Positions 11,060 to 22,569 are shown, counted from the first letter of the stretch. The stretch is 35,798 bases of DNA from Octopus bimaculoides (GCF_001194135.2 NC_069006.1:7735636-7771433), one strand, 5' to 3'. Numbers and translations: made by a program. Notes: a model not told the origin generated them from the sequence alone.

Positions 11060-11734
11060 CTTGGACTAGTTATGTTTAATAAAAAATAACTTATTTACCT
11101 AAGTGTTAATATCATCTCCTTTGAAATGGTCACCTTGTACAGCAATACACTGGTCCCACCATTCCTGTCACTTTTGGAATCCGGCCTGGAAGTTCTTTTC
11201 CGTAAGTGAGTCAAAGAGACACTGCGATTCATTCTGGATTTCAACAACAGTCTTAAAACAGAAACCTTTGAGCTGCTTTTCATCTTGGGGAAGATGTGGA
11301 AGTCTTCCGGTGCTAAATCTGGCAAATAGGGTGGGTGCCAAAGTGATACCATGTTGTTTTCGGAGAGAAGAAGCCTAAAAGTGAGGAGTCCTCGGTAACA
11401 GGGTGTATTGTCGTCGTGACGAATCCATTTCTTCGTGCTCCACCGATCCGGTTACTTTTGCCAAATATCTTCGCAAATGCTTCAAAACATCGCAGTAGAA
11501 CTCTCAGTTGATGGTGTGGTCTTGGAGGATGAATTCTCAATGTGCAATATCACATTTCCGGGGGTTGATACTCTTTGCAGGTCTTCCAAATCACTTATTG
11601 TCTTCCAGTCCTACTGTGTTGCACCTTAGACAAGTGTTTTCTACTATAGCCTCAGACCGACCAAAGCCTTATGAGTGGATTTAGTAGACGGAAACTGAAA
11701 GAAGCCTGTCTCATATATATATATATATATATAT

Positions 11735-12141
11735 AGGTGCAGGAGTGGCTGTGTGGTAAGTAACTTGCTTACCAACCACATGGGTCTGGGTTCATTCCCA
11801 CTGCATGGTACTTTGAGTAAGTGTCTTCTACTATAGCCTCGGGCCAACCAAAGCCTTGTGAGTGAATATGGTAGACGGAAATTGAAAGAAGCCCATTGTA
11901 TATATGTATATATTTATATATATGTATGTGTGTGTATATGTTTGTGTTTCTGTGTTTGTCCCCCCAACATTACTTGACAACCGATGGTGGTGTATTTACG
12001 TCCCTGTCACTTAGCGGTTCGGCAAAAGAGACCGATATAATAAGTACTAGGCTTACAAAGAATAAGTCCTGGGGTCGATTTGTTCGACTAAAGGTGGTGC
12101 TCCAGTATGGCCACAGTCAAATGACGGAAACAAGTAAAAGA

Positions 12142-12142
<1 letters not shown>
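11735..12142 (+). mobile_element. Full-length tRNA-derived SINE (family A, CORE-like central motif)
   Basis: Head AGGTGCAGGAGTGGCTGTGTGGTAAG...GGTTCATTCCCACTGCATGGTACTTTGAGTAAGTGTC, internal (TA/TG)n and tail GACGGAAACAAGTAAAAGAG. Related copies at ~11620-11710, ~12640-12860, ~13530-13890, ~17325-17690, ~22330-22740 and ~27250-27590. Confidence 0.85.
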
Positions 12143-12173
<31 letters not shown>

Positions 12174-12511
12174 NNNNNNNNNNNNNNNNNNNNNNNNNNN
12201 NNNNNNNNNNNNNNNNNNNNNNNNNNNNNNNNNNNNNNNNNNNNNNNNNNNNNNNNNNNNNNNNNNNNNNNNNNNNNNNNNNNNNNNNNNNNNNNNNNNN
12301 NNNNNNNNNNNNNNNNNNNNNNNNNNNNNNNNNNNNNNNNNNNNNNNNNNNNNNNNNNNNNNNNNNNNNNNNNNNNNNNNNNNNNNNNNNNNNNNNNNNN
12401 NNNNNNNNNNNNNNNNNNNNNNNNNNNNNNNNNNNNNNNNNNNNNNNNNNNNNNNNNNNNNNNNNNNNNNNNTGGCACTTTTTCACGCAGCTATCCTCCT
12501 CCATTCTCACC

Positions 12512-12604
12512 AGGAGGATAGCTGCTTGAAAAAGTGCCACACCCTAACAGTTGAGGGAACCCGTGGAAGAGGTAGGCCCAGGAAGACCTGGGCTGAGGTG
12601 GTGA

Positions 12605-12605
<1 letters not shown>
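12512..12605 (+). mobile_element. RTE-LINE reverse transcriptase C-terminal fragment
   Basis: Translates EDSCLKKCHTLTVEGTRGRGRPRKTWAEVV, the G.RGRGRP..TW..V motif of RTE-clade ORF ends. Confidence 0.8.
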
Positions 12606-12642
<37 letters not shown>

Positions 12643-14332
12643 TATGTATGTTTGTGTTTGTGCCTGTATTTGTTCTTGCACCATCACTTAACAACCGATG
12701 TTGGTGTGTTTGTGTCCCTGTAACATAGCTGTTTGGCAAAAGAGACCAATAGAATAAGTACCAGGCTTACAAAGAATAAGTCCAGGGGTTGATTTCTTCA
12801 ACTAAAAGGTGGTGCTCCATCATGGCAACAGTCAAAATGACTGAAACAAGTAAAAGAATATATATATATAAAACATCATTGTTGTCACATGATGCATGTG
12901 TTTTGTCTAAATGCTTTTTAACTGTGAACTTTAAGAAACTTTCCAGGGAAAGTTGCTTAAAGACATCAAGAGTTCAGTTCAAAAATATTAAATACCTCAA
13001 TATCAGGTGAAACAAATTGCCCTGATGGTGAAGGACAATGGTGGATATTGGTGTTTTGCTGCTATTTCAATTCATTGGTATGGTTTTCCCCCAATCATTT
13101 TGAAATGAATGCGAACTGCTGGTCTGAGGCATATACGCAAATAGCATAAAAATCTATTTACTGATGTGAAAAACTACAGCATGAGTAGAATGAAATACAA
13201 TTTTGAATTAGAAGCAGCTCTTATAGTGTAATACATTAAATATGTGACATCAATAATGTTTATATTATTGGAGTTGCTTCTAATTGAAGGATTGAACTAT
13301 ATTAATTATATATGCTGTGCTTGAGAAGACCCATCAAGCCAAGCGAAATCGTAGTTGCAGCCAATGCCAGTGTCATAGAACTGGCACGTAAAAGACCACC
13401 CTTCAAATTTTGGGTCTCGTAAAAAGCTCCCATTACACTCATGAAGTGGTTAGCGTTAGGAAGGACATCTAGCTGTAGAAACCATGGCAAATCAGTTTGG
13501 AACTTGGTGCAGCTCTCCAACAGACATATCTATATGCGCATATACATATATATGACAGGTTTCTTTCAGTTTCTGTCTACCAAATCCGCTCACAAGGCTT
13601 TGGTCGGCCCAAGGCTATAGCAGAAGACTCTTGCCCAAGGTGACACACAGTGGGACTAAACCCGGAACTATGTGGTTGAGGAGCAAGCTACTTACCACAC
13701 AGCCACTCTTGTTTGTGTGTGAATGTGTGTGTGCACATGTGTGTGTGTGTATTCACTTGCAAGATTTTGGTGAACCTAGCACTCTAGTAGAAGACACTTA
13801 CTCAATATGTTACAAGGTAGGACTGAACCCGAAACTATGTGGCTGGGAAGCAAATTCATAGCTTACTTAACCACACAGCCACTTTTCTGCCTATAAAACT
13901 ATATATTATATACACCCGTCTCTTATTTTAATCAGGATATTTACAGGAAAATACAGTATTATACGTGCCATTTTGTATGGTGTGTTGGCACTGACTCAAC
14001 AAACAGAACTGTCTTTCAGTTGTGTCAAAGACTTTCAAGAATGGACATAACAATGAATGAATGCTTCCTGCGCGAACGACTCATATTTACCATATGTTAC
14101 ATTATATTTAAGTTTAGGACGAGGTGGACCGTGCTAGATAAGTGTGAAAGTGGCTTAGGCATGATAAAATCTGAAATAGAGTAGCTGGCCTACTTTTAAG
14201 TTTATTATCCACTACCCCCCCATCACCACCATATATAAATTTACACACACATACACACATATACATACATGTATATATATACATATATATATCATATATA
14301 TATATATGTATCTGTCTACCTATCTATCTATT

Positions 14333-14383
<51 letters not shown>

Positions 14384-15364
14384 ATATGTATGTATATATA
14401 TATGTATATATATATGTATATATATATATATATGTTTAGATAGATAGATGTATACCTATATATGCATGCATGTATGTATATGTATGTGTGTATACGCACA
14501 CCCACACGCAGACACAGTATTTGATATTTACAGAATGGAAATCAATGCATTTGATTCTAAAGACATCTCTATTTGATCTTCTTAGACACACCTGTGCATG
14601 AGTGTGTGTGTGTGTGTATGTGTGTAACTTGATATGAAAGACGTACTTGTCTGTGTGTCTATTAACGTTTGCCCTTATACAATGTGGTTGTGTCTATGTG
14701 CACGTATGCACTGTATGTTTGGAAACATACAGTGCATACGTATGCGTTTGTGTCTCCGTTTGTGTGTGTATGCGTGTGTGTTTGTGTCACCGTGTGTGTG
14801 TGTTTGTGTCTCTGTGTGTGTTTGTGTCATCGTGTGTGTGTGTGTGTTGATATGAATGGATTGTTTGTCTTTGTTTTAATTGCTTATGGTCATGTATGTT
14901 TGTGTATGGATGTGTGTCTTTGTGGTTTTGCAGACATTTATACGCGAGCGTGCGTATGTAAAGGTATGACAAACATCCAGCATACAACAAACTTCTGGTT
15001 CAATACCCTCAAGTGATTCTCTCCAGATTTTAATGTTTGTGGGGTGTTTCATTTGTTTTCAGAAAGAACCATTTATACCTTCCTTTGCATCTATGCTGCT
15101 TCACACACACACACACATACACACACACATACACACATACACAAGTATATGTATATCCAAGGGCCCCAGATGAACCTTTATCAAGAGAGGAGACTTAAAC
15201 GAGGGCAGCAGTGTCCAACTCCCTTCTTCACATAAGATTGGCCATTGAAAAGGCGATTACACTGTCAGTGCTCCAGCATGGCCACAACCTTAGGGCTGAA
15301 GCATGTAAAAGAATAAAAGAATATGCATACATATGTATATACACACATATATATATATATGTAT

Positions 15365-15545
15365 AAATCGCTAGCTCCAAAAGTTTTTTATGCTCTTTCT
15401 GTTTATTTTCTTATGTTCCATTCCGTTTAAGAGCTTAGGCTCAAAGCGTAAAAGACTTTCTCACCTTCCCAAGCATTAAACTAATACACCTGTTTGTTGT
15501 TTATACACCTGTCTTCGTCTTTTGTGTTTCTGCAAATTTCAACTA
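15365..15545 (+). mobile_element. Decayed Penelope-derived repeat with a hammerhead remnant
   Basis: The GAGC-TTAG-GCTC hairpin (15431-15442) followed by AAAGCGTAAAAG resembles GAGC-GTCT-GCTC-GAAACGTTAAAC at 33646-33669. The CTGANGA box is destroyed. Confidence 0.4.
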
Positions 15546-15927
15546 TATATATATGTATATATATATATATATATATATCATCATCATCATCATCATCATC
15601 GTTTAACGTCCGCTTTCCATGCTAGCATGGGTTGGACGATTTGACTGAGGACTGGTGAAACCAGATGGCTACACCAGGCTCCAATCTGATTTGGCAGAGT
15701 TTCTACAGCTGGATGCCCTTCCTAACGCCAACCACTCAGAGAGTGTAGTGGGTGCTTTTACATGTCACCGNNNNNNNNNNNNNNNNNNNNNCTATCTTAC
15801 AATTAAACTAAATTAGCATAGAATAATGGCTTCATATTTTTTTATAATTAAGATCTAAACTGTTAATGTATGAATGTGAAAGATATAGTTGAATAGCTGT
15901 AAGCCTACTTTTGGGCCACCTTATATT

Positions 15928-17182
15928 CAGGGGTTGGACAAAATAATGGAAACACCTTAAAATTTCAAACAAATTTATTTTAATATGGGGTAGGACCGCC
16001 TTTGGCAGTAATTACAGCTTGAATTCTACAAGGTAAGGACTTGTAAAAAGTTTGAATTGTTTCCAAAGGAATTTTTGTCCATTCTTCAGCTAAAACAGTC
16101 TCCAGTTCTTGTAGTGATGATGGTGGAGCATATCGGCTCCTTACTTGTTTTTCTAAACTGCACCATAAATGTTCAATAATATTGAGATCTGGGGACTGTG
16201 GTGGCCAGATTCAACTAGAATGTTCCTCATGCCATTCAGTAACAAATTTAGTTATGTGAATTGGTGCATTATCATCCTGAAAGATTGCGTTTCCCTCCAG
16301 AAACAGTTCCACAACCATAGGATTTGATCAGATAAAAGGCTTAAATAGTCTTGACTATTAATTCAGCCATGAAGGGAAACCATTGGGCCAGTGGATTTCC
16401 AAAATATAGCCCCGTCCCCTCAGATCATCACAGATCTTCCTCCATGTTTAACAGTTGGAAGAAGGCAGTCTTGGTCAAATGCTTCTTTTGGCTATCTCCA
16501 CACGTATACTCGACCACTGGTCGGAAATAAGGTAAGGGATTACTCATCTGAGAAAATAACATTCTTTCACTGCTCTAGGGACCAATTCTGTTGGATTTTA
16601 CTCCACTCTAAACGCTTTGGAACATTTGTTTTTGAAAGTAGTGGTTTTCAGATTGTAGCCCTCCCGTTAAATCCGGCTTTCTGCAGCTATCGGCGAACAC
16701 TTTTTGTGGAAACTGGGTTCTCAAGGTGGTCATTAAGCTCTGCAGTAATTTTGGGAGCTGTAATTTTGTGGTCCTTTCTAACAATTCACGTAAGAGTCCG
16801 ACGGTCCCTATCTGAGAGTTTTGGTTTTCTTCTGGAGTTTTGTTTCGACGAGGAGGTTTTTCCCTCTTTCTTAAAAGCTGTCATTACTTTCGAGACAGTA
16901 CTTCTTGATACACCAAACATTTCGGCTGTTTTCATTATGCTAGCACCTGCCATACGAGCACCAACAATTTGACCTCTTTGAAAGTTCGATAGATCTGCCA
17001 TTTCAATGAATTTTAATTACCTTTTTCTGATGATATCAGAAAAGCAAAAGCAATTTTAGCAAAACCTATTAAGCAACACTAATAATAAATCAAAAAACAT
17101 AAAAATAAACTAGCTTTTGACGGTTTTATAGATATTTCAAAATTATGATGCTAGGTGTTTCCATTATTTTGTCCAACCCCTG
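15928..17182 (-). mobile_element. Near-full-length Tc1-family DNA transposon (1255 bp), non-functional
   Basis: Perfect 30-bp TIRs CAGGGGTTGGACAAAATAATGGAAACACCT (15928-15957 / 17153-17182). The right flank is TA; the left TA is mutated to TT. Confidence 0.95.
15980..17001 (-). pseudogene. Tc1 DDE transposase pseudogene
   Basis: MADLSNFQRGQIVGARMAG... paired-like HTH, VIFSDE, IFQDDNAPIH, IWPPQSPDLNIIEHLW and AVITAKGGPTPY*. It has multiple in-frame stops and a frameshift. D-to-E spacing is 32 in this copy (canonical 34), with a stop in the spacer. Confidence 0.92.
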
Positions 17183-17243
17183 TATATACATATGTATGTA
17201 TGTATGTATGTGTGTATGTATGTATGTGGTTGGGGAGCAAGTG

Positions 17244-17288
<45 letters not shown>

Positions 17289-17849
17289 NNNNNNNNNNTA
17301 TATATATATACATATATTTATATATGACACTTGCTCCCCAACCACAAGGTTTCGGGTTCAGTCCCACTGCATGGCATCTTGGCAAGTGTCTTCTACTACA
17401 CCTTCAGGCCAACCAAAACTTTGTGAGTGGATTTCGTAGATGGAAACTGAAAGAAGCCCATCATTTACACATGTATTTATATGTGTATGTATGTGTCTTT
17501 GTGTTTGCCCTCACCCCCAATTGACAACTGCTGTCAGTTTGTTTACATCCCCAGCAGTTTGGAAAAGAAATAAGCACCAGACCTAAAAGTAAGGAGAATT
17601 GGGGTGGGGAGTCGCAGGCGATTTGTTTAACAAAACCTTTTAAGGCAATGCCCCAGCATGGTCGCAGTCCAATGACTGAGATGATTAAGAATATATTTGA
17701 AGATCAAACTGTGCCTAGAATATCATAGCAGCAACATGAGACGGGGTGATGGTGATGATGATGATGGTGATGATAACAACCCTTCCTACTCTAGGCACAA
17801 GGCCTGAAATTTTGGGGGACGATATGTCTGATCACGAGCAGAAGTAGTG

Positions 17850-18186
17850 GGGGGGGGGCATCATAGCCATGTGTTGAGAGGAGTTCTTTGGCGTTTGAAT
17901 AATTCACCTTTGGAAACATGGGTGTTTCGTTCAACATCCTTAAACAAACCTTATTCAGGGACCTTTTGAGCGGGATGGGCTACTCGACCTGAAGAAAATT
18001 CTAACTGGTCCCCACCTGTAAGGTCATGCGCTGTTTATCTTGATATGAGATCACCATGTCGCGCACATATGGTTGTGATGCATGTGCCTGGTGTACCCTT
18101 ATCAGATGGGTAGCATGATGGGTATACTGGGCTTTGTATATTTGTACCCCAGTGTCACTTTGATGGCATGCACTGCTCTCTCACTC

Positions 18187-18231
<45 letters not shown>
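17850..18231 (+). mobile_element. Non-LTR retroelement 3'-end-like repeat with an (AAT)n tail
   Basis: Complex GC-richer sequence ending in CACTGCTCTCTCACTC(AAT)n. Family not assigned from sequence alone. Confidence 0.45.
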
Positions 18232-18622
18232 CTTATTGTTNNNNNNNNNNNNNNNNNNNNNNNNNNNNNNNNNNNNNNNNNNNNNNNNNNNNNNNNNNNN
18301 NNNNNNNNNNNNNNNNNNNNNNNNNNNNNNNNNNNNNNNNNNNNNNNNNNNNNNNNNNNNNNNNNNNNNNNNNNNNNNNNNNNNNNNNNNNNNNNNNNNN
18401 NNNNNNNNNNNNNNNNNNNNNNNNNNNNNNNNNNNNNNNNNNNNNNNNNNNNNNNNNNNNNNNNNNNNNNNNNNNNNNNNNNNNNNNNNNNNNNNNNNNN
18501 NNNNNNNNNNNNNNNNNNNNNNNNNNNNNNNNNNNNNNNNNNNNNNNNNNNNNNNNNNNNNNNNNNNNNNNNNNNNNNNNNNNNNNNNNNNNNNNNNNNN
18601 NNNNNNNNNNNNNNNNNNNNNN

Positions 18623-18667
<45 letters not shown>

Positions 18668-18753
18668 CTTATTTTTCCTTTACCTTCGAGAGGAGTAACG
18701 TCAGTCCTTAAATAATGATAATGATGATGATGATGATGATGATGATAATAATG

Positions 18754-18797
<44 letters not shown>

Positions 18798-18991
18798 CTT
18801 ATTGTTCCTTTACCCTTGGGAGGAGTAACGTCAATCCTTAAATAATAATATTAATAATAATAATAATAATAACAATAATAATAATGATAATTTAACAAAA
18901 CTGTTATCTTTTTCTACTTTATTTTGTTTTTTCATTTTCTGATTTTATTTCATTGTAATTCCTTTGAAAAACTATTTTCTCTGTTTTCCAG

Positions 18992-19059
18992 ATCGAAGAT
19001 TTGAAAGAGAAACCATCGGTGAATATATTTCCAAGAAAAGAGAGATGTTTCGTGTTCAG
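18992..19059 (+). CDS. CFAP100: CFAP100 exon: (D)RRFERETIGEYISKKREMFRVQ
   Basis: TTTTCCAG acceptor and CAG|GTTTGT donor; 68 nt, phase 1 to 0. KKREMF.VQ marks the start of the DUF4200 region. Confidence 0.92.
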
Positions 19060-19235
19060 GTTTGTTGCTTCTACGCATATTCTACCCTTCTTATGTGTGT
19101 AACTGAAGGATAAGTCAACTAGGAATACAGGGAGACTGGCCATGCTGTTTATCATCATCATCATCATAATTATTTAACATCTATGTTCCATGCTGCCTGA
19201 AGTGGATGTTCTGACCAAATCCAATGGGCCTAAGC

Positions 19236-19511
19236 CAGTGGTTCTTAACCGTGGTTCTCAAGCATCTTTCCAGTGGCCCCTAATAGTCTTCCCTCTATAA
19301 ATATACTCTTTTACTTGTTTCAGTCATTTGACTGTAGCCATGCTGGAGCACTGCCTTTAGTCGAACAAATCGACCCCAGGACTTATTCTTTGTAAGCCTA
19401 GTACTTATTCTATCAGTCTCTTTTGCTGAACCGCTAAGTTACAGGGCGTAAACACACCAGCGTCGGTTGTCAAGCGATGTTGGGGGGACAAACACAGACA
19501 CACAAACATAT

Positions 19512-19564
<53 letters not shown>

Positions 19565-19843
19565 TACGACAGGCTTCTTTCAGTTTCCGTCTACCTAATC
19601 CACTCACAAGGCTTTGGTCAGCCCGAGGTTATAGTAGAAGACACTTGCCCAAGGTGCCACGCAGTGGGAATGAACCCGGAACCATGTGGTTGGTAAGGAA
19701 GCTACTTACCACACAGCCACTCCTACACCAATGTATAGTAAACTTTTCTCTAATTGACTTGTGCTTTATATTTTTGGTGTAGCCCCTTACAAAAAACCAG
19801 GTTTTGGATCCGGCACGGATATTAAAATGGTTGAGAACCATTG
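19236..19843. mobile_element. hAT-Charlie-type MITE interrupted by a SINE family A copy (~19305-19729, -)
   Basis: TIRs CAGTGGTTCTTAACC (19236-19250) and GGTTGAGAACCATTG (19829-19843). The 8-bp flanks GCCTAAGC and GTCTAAGG (6/8 identical) are consistent with an hAT TSD. Confidence 0.75.
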
Positions 19844-21004
19844 GTCTAAGGACAAGATTGTGCTCCTCCGATGTCTACTTTGGTATGCCCTTCCAAACAC
19901 CAGCTGGTTTCAGAAGGTAGTGGGTGCTTTTTCATGCCTCCTCCAGCACTGGTGAGGTTGTCATGCAGCTTACAAGACAACAAAATGCAAGGTGGGGAGC
20001 AGGTTATGCTAGGAAATAAGGGCTCCAAGTATGAGAGAAGGGGGCAGAGCAGGTTCTTGTTGTGCAGGAGCTGTATGACTACTCACATTTAAAAGAGAAG
20101 ATGAGACTGCTCTTTAGGAACTGCATTGTCATCATCATCATTTAAGGTCTGCTTTCTATGCAGGCATGGGTTCGATGGTTTGACTGAGGACTGGCAAGCC
20201 ATAAGGCTGCACCAGGCTCCAATCTGATTTGGCAATGTTTCTACAGCTGGATGCCCTTCCTAATGCCAAAAACTCCAGGAGTGTAGTGGATGCTTTTTAC
20301 ATGTCACCAGCACAGGTACCAGTCATGTGGCACTGGCATCGGTCACACTCGAATGTTGCTTTTTACATGCCATCAGCACAGGTGCCAGTCTGGTGGAACT
20401 GGCATCGGCCACGCTCAAATGGTGCTTTTTGATAAATGAAAATAGTAGTGATGAAGTGTCCAGGTGGTTCCTCGAAGTATGAGGTCAGTACATATTCAGC
20501 CATTGTGATAATGTTGATGTTTCACTGCTTCCATGACGACCAACATTATTTCTTCATTAAGTCTGAAGTTTAAAAGCTGATTCAGTAAAGGTGAGTTCCA
20601 ATTAGATGAAATCTCCAAGCAGTTTAAATGCACAATTCTGATATCCAAGTGGCTAAAAAGTGCCAAAGAAAAGGGCACCCTGGAGTCATGACCTGGATGT
20701 GGCCCAGCCCCTTTAGAGTGTAAGAATTTGAGGTCCAAATCACTTGCACTGAGGGGTGGGGTTTCTTCTTTGAAAACCTTCTGCTGTTCAGCTCTCTTGC
20801 AAGTTTCTTACCACCATCCTCTGCTAGTTGTTTGATCAAATGACTGACTTATCTCCATCAATGACTAAGTCTACCTTGGTACATAAAGATAATACCGGGA
20901 CAGAATTTTTATAGATCAGATTTATATAATCAGTGGGAGATGCAGTTCTACTAAGGTTGCAGAGTGTTTTGTTGACATGCATTACTGAGTTCAGTTCCTC
21001 TCGT

Positions 21005-21345
21005 GGGCCAAAGTTGACCTCAGCAGAATTTGAACTGAGAACTTAAAGTCCAAAGAAATGCCGCTAAGCAATTCGTTCAACATGATAGTGATTCTGCCAG
21101 CTTGCAGCCCTATATTACTCTTATAATAATATTGCTCTCATATAATACTGGTTTCTAGTTTGGTCACATGGCCAACAATTTTGGGGAAGGGAGCAAGTCA
21201 ATTACATTGACCCCAGTATTTAACTAGTACTTTGTATCAACCCTGAAAGGCAAAGTCGACTTTGGTAGAATTTGAACTCAGAACATAAGGACAGATGAAA
21301 GGCCGCTAAGCATTTTGCCCTGCATACTAATGATTCTGCCAACTC
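21005..21345 (-). mobile_element. Two SINE family B fragments in tandem
   Basis: AAAGTCGAC...GAATTTGAACTCAGAAC...CCGCTAAGCA occurs twice (~21010-21105 and ~21150-21345). Confidence 0.7.
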
Positions 21346-21423
21346 TTATAATAATCTTGCCCTCAGATAATATTGCACTCATATTAAATAACATGGCTTT
21401 CATATACAATATTGCTCTCTTAA

Positions 21424-21642
21424 CCCTTTTGTTACAATATTTCTGTTGAGATGCTCAGTCTTTCTTTCAATTAATTTTAAATATAAAGAATTTAGTAAAA
21501 TAACTTAGTTATCATTAAGCTAGTGTTAGGAACATTAATTGTGACTAAGGTTTGGAGGAAGATTTTAATTCAAAACTTATGAAAATAAGACATTTGTACT
21601 AGAGAGCCAGAGGCGGTTTCATTTGAGTTGGTAATAAAAGGG
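21424..21642. mobile_element. piggyBac-type MITE, copy 1 (219 bp)
   Basis: TTAA|CCCTTTTGTTAC...GTAATAAAAGGG|TTAA, i.e. a TTAA TSD and CCCT-starting TIRs. Confidence 0.8.
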
Positions 21643-21673
21643 TTAAGAATTGTTTCTCTATTCTATATTTTAA

Positions 21674-21893
21674 CCCTATCATTACCGTATTTCTGTTGAG
21701 ATGTTCTGTGTTTCTTTCAGTTAATTTTAAATATTACAAAGGGTTTAGTAAAAAATTTAGTTATCATTAAACTAGCGTTAGGAACATAAATTGTGACTAA
21801 GGTTTGGTGGAAGATTTCAATTAAAAACTTATGTAAACAAAACATTTATACTCAGAGCCAAAGGTGGTTTCAGCCAGGTTGGTATCGAAAGGG
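21674..21893. mobile_element. piggyBac-type MITE, copy 2 (220 bp), same family and orientation
   Basis: TTAA|CCCTATCATTACC...GGTATCGAAAGGG|TTAA. The internal sequence is collinear with copy 1. Confidence 0.8.
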
Positions 21894-22529
21894 TTAAGAT
21901 ATATGGCATCGCTTTCATAATATACCTAAATGTATGCCACAGGTCAACTGTGAATACCTCGCAGATCAATATTGATACACATTCCTTTCTGGAGAATTTG
22001 ATAGGGTTGGAAACAAAGATAACACAGATACATACATATGTACATATATATACATACAAACATACATAGATATATAATTATATTTACATTCACGCACACA
22101 CACATACACACACAAATATGCGAACATTAGCAAAACATTCGGTGTGTTGTAGTTCTAGACAATAATAGATTTTATTGTAGCCTTGGATTGTAGGTATGTT
22201 GGGTGGCTGGGGTTGTTAATGTTGATTCGTATTACTTACTGGGACATGTTAGGTATGAACACACCCAGACACACATATATACACACCTAGATACATATAC
22301 ACACGACACAGTATGTATACAGATATTGTTTTATATTTTATTCTTTTGCTTCTGTTCAGTCAATTGACTATGGCCATGCTGGGGCACCTTGAGGAATTTT
22401 AGTCATGTAATTCAACACCAGTACTTTTTTTTTTAAGCCTGGTACTTATTCTATCAATTATTTTTGCTGAACTACTAAGTGGTGGGGGACAAACACTGTC
22501 ACAAACACACACACATACACTCACAAACG

Positions 22530-22569
<40 letters not shown>

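Larger units (their letters stand above)
10588..11610 (-). mobile_element. Mariner transposon relic (C-terminal transposase + terminal repeat), interrupted by an insertion at ~10606-11068
   Basis: Minus strand reads WIRHDDNTPC...NNMVSLWHPPYLPDLAPEDFHIFPKMK, the mariner HDNA..HPPYSPDLAP.D pattern with D as the third catalytic residue, and ends at 11095. The terminal TA|CAAGGTTGTATCAAAAGGTTCTTGG at 10586-10612 resumes as TTCTTGGACTAGT at 11058. Confidence 0.85.

Noticed and set aside
16391-16972. 193-aa plus-strand ORF
   Set aside because: It is the antisense shadow of the Tc1 transposase.
18188-18885. CRISPR-like repeat/spacer appearance (also 34393-34715)
   Set aside because: Eukaryotic context, spacers are microsatellite or near-identical rather than unique, and there are no cas genes.
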